Of a DNA stretch of 64,000 bases, positions 26,475-35,603 are shown piece by piece. Below the pieces are notes generated by a model that was given only the letters and a program-made list of their open reading frames with translations, searched no databases and had not been told where the DNA came from. Both the position numbers and the translations under genes were made by a program. Source of the DNA: Gammaproteobacteria bacterium (GTDB lineage: Bacteria; Pseudomonadota; Gammaproteobacteria; Pseudomonadales; Pseudomonadaceae); the NCBI GenBank assembly GCA_012728415.1, contig JAAYFD010000047.1, positions 77,562-141,561 of the forward strand. Direction: 5' to 3'. Numbering within the stretch: position 1 is the stretch's first letter; the number at the start of each line of letters is the position of its first letter.

Positions 26475-26951
26475 ATGAAATGCCCGAACTGTGATTTTAT
26501 CGAAAAGGACGAAGCCTTTGGGCAGCCGCCAACTTGCCCGAAGTGTGGCGCGATTTATGAGAAAGCGCTGAGGGTTCGCCAGCTGAAAGAGCTTCACCTG
26601 AAGAAGCTAAAGGCTGCGGCAGAGAAAAAGGCCCAGGAGCAGCCAGCCCAACAGCAAGCAGCTGAAAAGCAGGAGGCAGTTGAGCCGCCTGCAGAGCCCG
26701 AAGAAGTTAAAGTCCAGCCAGGAATGGCAGCCAGTATATCCGCTGGGATTGCTGAGGCTCGCGCCGAAAGGCAGCGCGAAGCTGATGAAATTGCAAATAG
26801 GGTGACGAGTAATGTTGTAATAACAGATGTTCAAATCCCGTTTTGGCCTTTGGTCTGGCTGATGATAAAGCTGGCCGTGGCGGCAGCGCCTGCAGCAATA
26901 GTGTTTACATTCGTTTTATCTGTTCTCGGCGAAATAATGCGAGGCATATAA
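26475..26951 (+). CDS. Zinc-ribbon protein with coiled linker and C-terminal TM segments
   Basis: MKCPNCDF..CPKCGAIYEKAL, a charged A/E/K/Q linker, then ..IPFWPLVWLMIKLAVAAAPAAIVFTFVLSVLGEIM. Divergent from the HIRAN gene. Confidence 0.7.
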   Translation: MKCPNCDFIEKDEAFGQPPTCPKCGAIYEKALRVRQLKELHLKKLKAAAEKKAQEQPAQQQAAEKQEAVEPPAEPEEVKVQPGMAASISAGIAEARAERQREADEIANRVTSNVVITDVQIPFWPLVWLMIKLAVAAAPAAIVFTFVLSVLGEIMRGI

Positions 26952-26980
26952 CGCCACACAAACAGAGATTAAAAAATCAA

Positions 26981-27001
26981 ACCCGCTCCGGCGGGTTTTT
27001 T
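26981..27001. terminator. Bidirectional intrinsic terminator closing the moron
   Basis: ACCCGC-TCCG-GCGGGT flanked by A6 and T5. Confidence 0.7.
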
Positions 27002-27015
27002 ATTGCAGGTAATTC

Positions 27016-27384
27016 ATGAAAGAACTGAAAACCATATACCCGGCTCCGGCCACAGAGACCGTAGGCGACCTAACCGCAGAGCTGTATCAGATCAAGATTC
27101 GTAACGCCCAGGCGTATGCCGAGCTTACCGGAGCACTTGCGCCGTTGCTGGCCAGCCCGTCTGAGGCAGCCTGTGCTGCGTTCTGCGCAAAGCACGGTGA
27201 CGCAGCCGTCAAACTGCTGCAAGACCAGACCAGCATAGATCCGGCATCTTTCGACACCATGAGCAGCAATGACCTGATCATCTGGATGGCTCTATTAATG
27301 CTGAGGAATGCCGAGGCTTTCAGTCACGCCCTGCCCGAAGCAATGCAAAACCTATCGGGTGGGGCGAAATCCACCAACGGCTGA
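27016..27384 (+). CDS. Tail assembly chaperone (gpG-like)
   Basis: 122-aa ORF directly upstream of the tape measure. A -1 frame continues to the TMP start. Confidence 0.6.
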   Translation: MKELKTIYPAPATETVGDLTAELYQIKIRNAQAYAELTGALAPLLASPSEAACAAFCAKHGDAAVKLLQDQTSIDPASFDTMSSNDLIIWMALLMLRNAEAFSHALPEAMQNLSGGAKSTNG

Positions 27385-27560
27385 TCAGTGCCGGTCACCC
27401 GCCTGCCGGTATCGGTGACTACACCCTCCCGCAGGTAGAGCTATATCTGGAAGCCATCAGCAAGGCAGACGGTCAGAAGCTGCACCTTGATGCCACGGCA
27501 GCTCGGGCGGCAAACATCAGCGATCAAGATTTCAAGAAATTTATCAAGAGCTTAAAGTAA
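27273..27560 (+). CDS. -1 frame extension of the chaperone (gpT-like part of a G-T fusion)
   Basis: The frame one back from the G frame is open from 27273 and stops at 27558-27560, overlapping the TMP ATG (TAATG). No canonical slippery heptamer was found. Confidence 0.4.
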   Translation, partial: PDHLDGSINAEECRGFQSRPARSNAKPIGWGEIHQRLISAGHPPAGIGDYTLPQVELYLEAISKADGQKLHLDATAARAANISDQDFKKFIKSLK

Positions 27561-29716
27561 TGGCCAGATCACCAAAAGTTCAGCTTGTCATCGATGGCAA
27601 GGACAATACAAAAAATGCTTTTGGGGCTATCGACAAGAGCTTGGGCGCACTTGAAAAGCGCACTGCATCAGTCGGCAAGGCCATGGCCGGAGCATTCGCC
27701 GGACTGGTTTCCATTGCTACGCTAAAGCGTATTGCCGACATCAACATGGAGTTTCGCGAGCTCGACAAGGTCTTGCGCCAGAACACCGGCAGCTTGGAAG
27801 AATTCAACTTTGCGCAAGACGAAACAAGTCGGATAGCGGATGAGCTGGGTGTTTCGCTGGACCAAGTGGTCAACAATTTCGGCAAAGTGAACGGCAGCCT
27901 GGCTGCATTAGGATACAGCAGCCGCGACTCCCTGAAGATGGTGGAAACCATCAGCAAGCTGATGTCGCTGGAGGGTGCAGACCCCGGCCCGACCATTGCC
28001 CGTTTCAACCGCGCCATGTCAAAAGGCGAGCTGCACGGCGCTCGCTTCAACCTGATGTTACAAGACCAGCCGGCGCTGCTGGATTTGATTGCAGAGGCTA
28101 CCGGCAAGACAATCGCTGAGCTTCGCGCCATGTCCGAGGCGGGCGAGCTGACTGCCGAAATTATGGGCGACTCGCTGCTTCAAATGGGCACGGCTATTGA
28201 CGAGCGGTTTAACGAACTGCCGAAAACCATCGAACAGGCCACTACCCGCATCAAAAATAATATTGCCGAAGCCTTCCGTGATGAAGAGCTGATGCAGCCG
28301 GTAGTGGATAGCCTCAACTCCCTGGCAGACACACTGAAAGACCCCGACGTTCAATCTGGCTTGGCCAATCTGGCCGCTGGTATGGCTGGCGCCGTAAAAA
28401 CTGGCGCCGGCCTGGCTGCTGAATTCGGCGCGCTTGGGCAGCAGGCGGGGTATTGGGCGGCATCGCTTTCTGGGCAAGTGACCGAGCTGGACAGGCTGGA
28501 AGCGGAGATCAAAGACGTTGACCGCGCCCTGAAGGCCAGTTTTCTGACCAGGCCGATTCGGTACCTCGGTACCAGTGATGAAGAGCTGAGCAAAATCAGA
28601 GCGCAGCTGGAAAAGCAGAAAGAAGCCGTCATTAACGACATGACCGGCACAACCGCTGCAATGCGCGAAGCAGAAGAGCAGCGGCAGCGCGAGCTTGCAG
28701 CCGAAAAAGAAAAAGAGATGGCCATCCATCGCAAGTACGTCAACGACTTAAAAAAGGCCAATAACGATGCCATCAAAGCGGTAGAAGATCGCGGCAAAGA
28801 GTTGGCCAAGGCCGAAAAAGACGCAGCCAAAAAAGTGCTGGATGCGAAAAAAGAAGCCGAAACCCTGCTCAAGCAGTTCGACGATATCCGGAAGGATATT
28901 GCTGGCGGCGGAGACAAAGAGCCATCCTTTGCTGATTACCAAGCGCTGGCGACTTCAGCGCGCCAGGCGCTAGCCGCTGGCGACACCAGGACAGCCAAAG
29001 AAGATGCGCTGGCCGCAGCCAACCTGCTCAAAGAGCTGGCCGCCGCTGGCGAGAATACCTTTGGCTTCCAGGGGCTGGTCAAATCGATGCAGGACGTGGC
29101 CAAAAGCGCGACCGACATCGAACAGAGCAATGCCGAAGCAGAGCTGGAAAAAATTAAAGCCGAGATGGCCGAACTGGCCGAACAAGCAGCAGCGCTCAAA
29201 GAGATGCCCGTCAGCATGCAGGCTGACGAAGAAAGCCTTGAGTCTGTGAAAAACCAGATCACCGCAATCCTGGAAAAGCTGAAAGTCGAAGCCGTGATTC
29301 CGGTCCGCATGGAGACATCAGGCGCAGCGCCAAGCGCCAACCCTGTGCCAGCTTTTGCCGAGGGCGGATGGACTGGGCCTGGATCGAAATATAAGTTCGC
29401 CGGTTTTGTGCATGCTGATGAGCACGTGCAGCCAAAGCGAATTGTTCGCGAGCCTGGCGCTTTGCAGTTCTTAGAAGAGGTCCGCCGCAATGGCTTTAGA
29501 AACACGATAAACAGGATCAATAACATGCAGATATCAAAGCTCGACACCGGCGGGCTGGCTGAACAGGTAGCGAATATCGAGCCAAGGCAGCCGCAATCAG
29601 TGGGTACTCTCAACTTTAACCTGCCCGGTGGAGAGTCCTTCAGCGTCAATACCGTTGGCGACTTCAGCGAAGACCTGCGCCGCGCTGCGCTCAAATACGG
29701 CAAGCCACGGAGGTAG
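27560..29716 (+). CDS. Tape measure protein
   Basis: 718 aa, highly helical and coiled. Standard position. Confidence 0.9.
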   Translation: MARSPKVQLVIDGKDNTKNAFGAIDKSLGALEKRTASVGKAMAGAFAGLVSIATLKRIADINMEFRELDKVLRQNTGSLEEFNFAQDETSRIADELGVSLDQVVNNFGKVNGSLAALGYSSRDSLKMVETISKLMSLEGADPGPTIARFNRAMSKGELHGARFNLMLQDQPALLDLIAEATGKTIAELRAMSEAGELTAEIMGDSLLQMGTAIDERFNELPKTIEQATTRIKNNIAEAFRDEELMQPVVDSLNSLADTLKDPDVQSGLANLAAGMAGAVKTGAGLAAEFGALGQQAGYWAASLSGQVTELDRLEAEIKDVDRALKASFLTRPIRYLGTSDEELSKIRAQLEKQKEAVINDMTGTTAAMREAEEQRQRELAAEKEKEMAIHRKYVNDLKKANNDAIKAVEDRGKELAKAEKDAAKKVLDAKKEAETLLKQFDDIRKDIAGGGDKEPSFADYQALATSARQALAAGDTRTAKEDALAAANLLKELAAAGENTFGFQGLVKSMQDVAKSATDIEQSNAEAELEKIKAEMAELAEQAAALKEMPVSMQADEESLESVKNQITAILEKLKVEAVIPVRMETSGAAPSANPVPAFAEGGWTGPGSKYKFAGFVHADEHVQPKRIVREPGALQFLEEVRRNGFRNTINRINNMQISKLDTGGLAEQVANIEPRQPQSVGTLNFNLPGGESFSVNTVGDFSEDLRRAALKYGKPRR

Positions 29717-29718
29717 TC

Positions 29719-30225
29719 ATGCGACCGCACATCACCCTAGGCGGCCTGCCCATAGATATACACGCAGGCGCACCGCAAGAACAATACAGCCCCGAAACGG
29801 GCTGGACTGACGTAAGGCTGTCACAGGGTGCGCTGGTACGCATGGCGCACTGGGTCAAAGAGTCCATCACGATATCCGGCACCGGCTGGATGGGTGCCGG
29901 GCTTGATGGCCTCGACTACACCCAGCCGCAGGAGCTGCGCTGCACAGCGCCGAAAACCGTCACCGGCCCGGACGTTACGCTGCACATCACCGGCACGCCA
30001 AGGCCAGACGTACCCCCGTGGGCGCACGCACTGGTAGGCAATCGCTGGGTGCGCACACCGGTAACCATGGCCGACAAGGTGGCCACGTGCACCCCAGTTC
30101 CCGGTGCCAGCACATACCGCGTCAGCTGGATGCCGGTGTTCATGGTGCTGTGCCAGCCGCCGCCGGAAGCGCTCGACTCCGGCGCTGCGGTCACTTCATG
30201 GAGCTTCACGGCGCGTGAAATATGA
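29719..30225 (+). CDS. Minor tail protein
   Basis: 168-aa ORF immediately after the TMP. Confidence 0.5.
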   Translation: MRPHITLGGLPIDIHAGAPQEQYSPETGWTDVRLSQGALVRMAHWVKESITISGTGWMGAGLDGLDYTQPQELRCTAPKTVTGPDVTLHITGTPRPDVPPWAHALVGNRWVRTPVTMADKVATCTPVPGASTYRVSWMPVFMVLCQPPPEALDSGAAVTSWSFTAREI

Positions 30226-30371
30226 TAGATTTACGCTATAGATAAAAACAGGCATTTACTGAGCTGTGGAATACATATTGCATTGCGCTGTGATGCCTGT
30301 ATTTAAAGGTGCCTAGCGATAAAGCAACAATCGTTCCACATAGCAAAAAGCGCACATAGAGAAAATCAATC

Positions 30372-32213
30372 ATGATTAACGGCTACCCGCTCAACACAGC
30401 AGCAATCAATAGTGCGGGCGGGAGTACCGATATTGACCCGGTCGATCCGACCCCGATTGATCCGCCGCCACCGCTGCCAGACCCGACACAGCCGGACCCA
30501 AGCACTCCCGCTTATCCCGGCTTCCCGCCGATCGATGCGCCGGAAGGATACAGCCTGCCCTGGACTGTGCACATCAGCCTGGGCGGTCAAGACGTTACGG
30601 ACTTCCTGACCGAGACTGTGCGTGTAGACCGCAGCGAAGGCGCGGCTGGCATGGCCGAGTTCTCGCTGTTTTACCCGGTCGGCACGCCGGTACCGCTTGA
30701 TTTGCATGACGGGCCGGTGGTGATTGTGTTCACCAGCAGGGGCGTTCAGCAGCTGCTGTTCACCGGCTGGGTCACGCGGCCCAGCTGGCACGCAGCCAGT
30801 CGTGTGATGCGGATCATCGCGACCGACCGACTACAGCAGCGTGTTGAAGCCATGTCGCTGGCTGACATCGAAGCATTAACCGGCGGCCTGTATTCGCCAG
30901 ATGTGTTCACCGATGAAATTGAGGACCACTGGCGTTACGCGCAAGACAGGCTCAGCACTCGCCCTGTATCGCTCGACTGCGACACGCACGGCAACATGCG
31001 CGTCACGAACTGGCAGTCAAAAAAGCACCCGGACTACACTTTCAACCCCGGCTCTACGGTGTATCAGTCAGTCGATGTGCGACTGGCCCAGCCCACGGAG
31101 ACCACGAACAGGGTCGAGCTGACAATCAAGTACCGGTATCCGCGCCTGTGGCAAGCGTCCGCAACCTTCGGCTGGGTTCACCCGGGCACCGGCGGCTTCG
31201 GCGGAATGCAAGGCTTCTGTGCTTGGCGGCCAGACTCGACCGAGCTGCCCACCATCGACATGTACTTGTCGGCTGTAGGCTCTACCGGCCTGACTCCGGT
31301 GTCGGCGAGCTGGCATCTGCTGCCGCCGTCAATGGGCGATCCCTGCGGCAATGGACAGCCATGGATCAACAATCAGTCCGAGCTGTTGATTTTAGGCGGC
31401 AGCGTAGTCGCACGCAGGCGCTGGGTGCAGCAGGTCACTGAGGAATACACAGTCACGCTGGCAACGGCAGCAGGCGAGCCTGAGCAGTCCAGAGTCGTCA
31501 GTCGGAGCAGCATCAACGCTTCGGTGGATTTTGGCGAAAGCTGGCCCAACAGTTTGAGGCCATACCAGTACTCACCCAGCGGCGGTGCCGGCATCGGCCC
31601 TGGCACACCGACAACTCCGGTCACGCCCGGCGATCACGCAGACGAGCCGCGCCGGCAGTTGGCCTTCAATACTGCGCTGAACAAGGCGCGCACAGAGATC
31701 ATTGAGGCGCACCGGCGTACGCAAGTTAGCTGGCAGGTGCCGACGGCACTGATTGCAGGTGTCGATCTAGTGCACACGCTGTATCTGGATGACCAAAACA
31801 CTGTGGCACAAGGAAAATGCGTGCAGCGCCTCGATGAGCTGAACATCGAAACCGGCTCAGCACTGGCTACGCTGACCATTGCGATTTTACGCGAAGCTTC
31901 GGGCGTAGCTGATCCGCTGTCAGTCCCGGCCCGCATGGGTGCAGACGAGTCAGAAAGCGCGGGCGTAATGTCCCGCAGTTACACGCTCGGCACGCAGCTC
32001 GGCGGAAAGTTCACATCGCCCGAATACGATGATGAGCTGGATGGATTTTCGGGCAACTACGATGCGAAGCAAGACGCCACGCTGGAAGTATTCCCGCGAA
32101 GATTTTCAGCAACCGGCCCCGAAATACCCGACGCGCGCACTGATGAGCACGTACTAACAGCAGCCGAAAAGACAATCAGAGTCGCCTTCACCGGCGACCT
32201 GCTGGAGATTTGA
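30372..32213 (+). CDS. Tail tip / baseplate-hub-like protein
   Basis: 613 aa with a Pro-rich N-terminal region. Function assigned by position. Confidence 0.6.
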   Translation: MINGYPLNTAAINSAGGSTDIDPVDPTPIDPPPPLPDPTQPDPSTPAYPGFPPIDAPEGYSLPWTVHISLGGQDVTDFLTETVRVDRSEGAAGMAEFSLFYPVGTPVPLDLHDGPVVIVFTSRGVQQLLFTGWVTRPSWHAASRVMRIIATDRLQQRVEAMSLADIEALTGGLYSPDVFTDEIEDHWRYAQDRLSTRPVSLDCDTHGNMRVTNWQSKKHPDYTFNPGSTVYQSVDVRLAQPTETTNRVELTIKYRYPRLWQASATFGWVHPGTGGFGGMQGFCAWRPDSTELPTIDMYLSAVGSTGLTPVSASWHLLPPSMGDPCGNGQPWINNQSELLILGGSVVARRRWVQQVTEEYTVTLATAAGEPEQSRVVSRSSINASVDFGESWPNSLRPYQYSPSGGAGIGPGTPTTPVTPGDHADEPRRQLAFNTALNKARTEIIEAHRRTQVSWQVPTALIAGVDLVHTLYLDDQNTVAQGKCVQRLDELNIETGSALATLTIAILREASGVADPLSVPARMGADESESAGVMSRSYTLGTQLGGKFTSPEYDDELDGFSGNYDAKQDATLEVFPRRFSATGPEIPDARTDEHVLTAAEKTIRVAFTGDLLEI

Positions 32214-32953
32214 ACATGGCATTTATCAACAACTGGGCCAGCCGGCTGGAGTTTGCGCTGGCCAGCGGCACCGGGCAAAGCCTGCCGGTACCGCCTGATG
32301 ACAAATCCAGGCTGGCTGGAGGCGTGTACCTGCTGACACTCAGTGATGAGGGCCAGCAGGTCGAAATCATCGAGTACGACGGCACGCAGGACGCAATCAC
32401 CGCGCGCGGGCTGGAGGGCACGCAAGAGCGCGCATGGCCAGCTGATGCCGTGATTTATGCGGCGGTTACTGCCGGACAGCTGACCGGCATCTTGTCTGCT
32501 ATTGAGCAGCTGGAGGTCAGCGTCACCAGCCTAGCGCAGCGTGTTGATGTGCTAGAACAGCAGGGCGGCGATGCCGGCAGTCGCACGATCACGGTAGAGG
32601 CAAGCCCAGACAATAGTACGGATGCTTATGAGTACGGCTTCAGGGAATGGTTGTCGTTCGGAGCGGTTAGCGATAAGAACATAGATGGGCGCGGCGAGAT
32701 TTCGGAGCTCTTCTGGAGCGAATCTTTAGTGAGCGGTGCGTGGTGGCGATACATGACTTTGCACATTGAAAATGGCACTGATTTGGACTTGGTGACCGCA
32801 GCTAAAGTAACAATAAACAGTACAGTATTCACGCTTGATGCGTACGCTGGCGACAGTAGCTATGTTCGTCTTAATTGTCAGATTACTGAAGGACAGTTTA
32901 ACTCACTGCCGCAGTCCGGCGATCATGCGTTTCAAGTGGAGCTGCTGCCATGA
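32210..32953 (+). CDS. Tail protein, hypothetical
   Basis: ATGA-coupled 247-aa ORF. Confidence 0.55.
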   Translation: MNMAFINNWASRLEFALASGTGQSLPVPPDDKSRLAGGVYLLTLSDEGQQVEIIEYDGTQDAITARGLEGTQERAWPADAVIYAAVTAGQLTGILSAIEQLEVSVTSLAQRVDVLEQQGGDAGSRTITVEASPDNSTDAYEYGFREWLSFGAVSDKNIDGRGEISELFWSESLVSGAWWRYMTLHIENGTDLDLVTAAKVTINSTVFTLDAYAGDSSYVRLNCQITEGQFNSLPQSGDHAFQVELLP

Positions 32954-33282
32954 CCGACAAGATCAAATCCGATATCAATGCCCTGATCGACAGCGAACCA
33001 CCCCGCACGGCACTCCCTGCTATCGAGCCGGTCGGCGGCTACCCTGCCCAGCGAGGGCGCTCCACCTACACAGCGGCCCAGCCGGCAGGCGGCGGTGGTG
33101 GCGGCATCGCCAGCCCGCTGACAGAAACGGACGCGAGCGCACGCACGTACCATGCCGATAGCTATATCCTTTCCGGAGACATGTTGTTCGGAATGATGCT
33201 GCACCCTGTCGACAGTATTTTCATGACGGACGCCAATGGCGGCAGCGTAGAGCTGAGATTTGATATCCCGCCGGAGAACTAG
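32950..33282 (+). CDS. Tail protein, hypothetical
   Basis: ATGA-coupled 110-aa ORF. Confidence 0.5.
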   Translation: MTDKIKSDINALIDSEPPRTALPAIEPVGGYPAQRGRSTYTAAQPAGGGGGGIASPLTETDASARTYHADSYILSGDMLFGMMLHPVDSIFMTDANGGSVELRFDIPPEN

Positions 33283-33283
33283 C

Positions 33284-34969
33284 GTGTTTGACTCAATAAT
33301 ATCGACGGCGATACCCGGCAGGGTTGTGCGTTTTGGAATATCACAGCACGGGCTTATACATTTTCCGCCTGACGGACAAGATCAACTATTGTCAGATAGA
33401 AAAGATCATTTCATAGAAACACGCGCTGGCAGACGTGTAGCTGTAAAGTACGACAAATACTCTATGGCGTACTTGCAAAAGGTATACAGACCTGAGTTCC
33501 TGCCTCGTCCATTTTTATACATGCACCCGTCCGCCAAGCTTGAGGCTGAAGACAGCAGCGGGCTTGATTGGTCAGGATATGTGATATTTTACCAAGGTTT
33601 TGCCGGAGGGTATCTAGATAAATACGACTCTGCATTCACGCCCGATGATTTCAGCCAGGGAATTGTATTAAATGGAAGATATGCCCGCGCGCCTCTACGC
33701 CTAGAGCTTATGACAGATGCGCTTTCCGAGGTAGATGGGTTTTGGCCGGATGCGGGGAGTTATTATCACATATCGACTGACGGAAGATTTCGTGTATTCG
33801 GAAGGCTTGCGAGTATCCGACAGGCAATTGAGTATTCTGACCCTGCCTCCGCTGATTTTCCTGCTAACTACTTTGAGCTATCAGCTGCAGAGCTTTCCGG
33901 AGGAAGCCTGAACAAGGAAGGGCTCCCAGAGATATACTCATCAAGAGTCTCAATTGCGCAGCCACCTCAACCGGAAAAACGACAAGAAAGCAGTTTCGAG
34001 CTGGGAGAGATTGAGGTTCTTGAGGTGCGAGGTGGTGGACATGGGGGGCTCTGCTACGATCCTGATTCTCTCGAAGATTATTACGCTGAAGTCACGCGAA
34101 TTCCCAGAAATCATTCGACTCCGGCTTATAGTTTTTCGAGTAGCGGCGCGACGACCCCTGTGGATGCGCATATAGATTCTGCTGGGGGCGCATCTTTTTT
34201 AACGCTGTCACTGGACTATAAAACCGAAACAACGCGAGAGCAGAGTGTGTCCTTCCTCGGTGGCGGAATGACCACGGAGGCATGCGACCTCTATGGAAGC
34301 GGTGACGGCAGGACGCCGGCCAGCGTTTGGTATAGCACGCGCGAGCAAGAGGGTGTTCACTCTGAGAGTGAGCGCGAAATCACGCTAACCGGCTGGGGCG
34401 AGTCTAGTAGCGCTGTATTCACCGAAACCAACGAGCGAAACACAACCGTCAATAGTAATTTTTTAGACTGGTCAGCGACAAGCACTACCGAGAGCCAAGC
34501 AGAGTTCCAATGGTCACTAACATTTGAGGGCCAAACGATTATGCAGGGTGATGGCGGTGCTAGCGAGGCATCGCTTACCAGCTATCCGGCAATCCCTGAG
34601 TGTGTACGCATTCAGGATATCGGCTCCCTGCCCGGCTATTTTGACTCGCAAGCTCAAATTTACCATGTGATGGATGCGGGGCTAGGGCGCGTTGTTTTTA
34701 TTCGGGTTTTGCCGACAAACCTCAGAGCGGACGGAGTTTGGGCGCTCGCTGCGCACATTGCAGAAGGAGAGCTCATACATTCCGGAGGGGTCAGCTCTAT
34801 TGAAGTTGATAGCGAACGCGTCATTGTGGGCCGCATTTTCGGCTTTGGGAAAAGCACGCCCGGATTTGAGGTGCCTACGGACATGATTCACAAAAAGCTG
34901 TTTATCGCATACGACCCCTTGGAAGAAAAATTCTCTGGTATCCACGAATACCCGATCTTTTATCAGTAA
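33284..34969 (+). CDS. Large tail or host-range protein, hypothetical (lower GC than its neighbours)
   Basis: The GTG at 33284 directly follows the upstream stop. 561 aa. No family recognised. Confidence 0.5.
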   Translation: MFDSIISTAIPGRVVRFGISQHGLIHFPPDGQDQLLSDRKDHFIETRAGRRVAVKYDKYSMAYLQKVYRPEFLPRPFLYMHPSAKLEAEDSSGLDWSGYVIFYQGFAGGYLDKYDSAFTPDDFSQGIVLNGRYARAPLRLELMTDALSEVDGFWPDAGSYYHISTDGRFRVFGRLASIRQAIEYSDPASADFPANYFELSAAELSGGSLNKEGLPEIYSSRVSIAQPPQPEKRQESSFELGEIEVLEVRGGGHGGLCYDPDSLEDYYAEVTRIPRNHSTPAYSFSSSGATTPVDAHIDSAGGASFLTLSLDYKTETTREQSVSFLGGGMTTEACDLYGSGDGRTPASVWYSTREQEGVHSESEREITLTGWGESSSAVFTETNERNTTVNSNFLDWSATSTTESQAEFQWSLTFEGQTIMQGDGGASEASLTSYPAIPECVRIQDIGSLPGYFDSQAQIYHVMDAGLGRVVFIRVLPTNLRADGVWALAAHIAEGELIHSGGVSSIEVDSERVIVGRIFGFGKSTPGFEVPTDMIHKKLFIAYDPLEEKFSGIHEYPIFYQ

Positions 34970-35024
34970 TGCAATTCTACAAAGCCGCCTTGAACGGTTT
35001 TTATGCCTAAAATTCGGAGCCATC

Positions 35025-35603
35025 ATGACCCCAGACACCTTAAACCTGCGTTTACAGCGCGGGACGGATACGGCTGTGCCGATTTTGTTGATGGCCAGCG
35101 ATTTTCGCTATGCCGAAATCACTGAAATCAACGCCACGGCCCCGCTCACAATCACCGCTCCGGCCCACGGCCTGCCCGCGCCGGAGTGGCCAGCATGGCT
35201 GGAGGGCACAAGCTCCAGCCAGCTTAACCGCGACAAGACACGCCAGCCGTTTCAACTGCTGACAGTGCTGGACGATGACACGCTGGAAATTAACAGCATC
35301 AACGGCCTGCAGCTTAAAGCGTCCGGCGGCAGCGTGGTGTATCACCCTCCGCTCGATACAGACGAATGGCAGTTTGAGGCGCTGTTTTATGCGGCAGATG
35401 CAGAGCTGCTGACCTTGCGACTTGGAGCCGGACTTACAGCCACTGCAGGCGGCATACGGCTGGATATTTCAGTCGATCAAGCCGAGCAGCTGGCCGCAGC
35501 TACCCGCTGGGAGCTGATCGTCATCAATGCATCTGGTCGCCAGCGGTATCTGTGCGGATCGGTCAACATCGTGGAGTGCCAGCGCCATGACAGCTGTCAT
35601 TGA
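35025..35603 (+). CDS. Tail-fibre module protein, hypothetical
   Basis: 192-aa ORF. Confidence 0.55.
   Translation: MTPDTLNLRLQRGTDTAVPILLMASDFRYAEITEINATAPLTITAPAHGLPAPEWPAWLEGTSSSQLNRDKTRQPFQLLTVLDDDTLEINSINGLQLKASGGSVVYHPPLDTDEWQFEALFYAADAELLTLRLGAGLTATAGGIRLDISVDQAEQLAAATRWELIVINASGRQRYLCGSVNIVECQRHDSCH

Noticed and set aside
27580-29730. Long antisense or alternate-frame ORFs across the tape-measure gene (27580-28131, 28058-28729, 28351-28917, 28936-29730)
   Set aside because: All are embedded in the 718-aa tape-measure ORF, which has coherent helical composition and the correct position. The alternates are S/A/R-rich and lack start signals.
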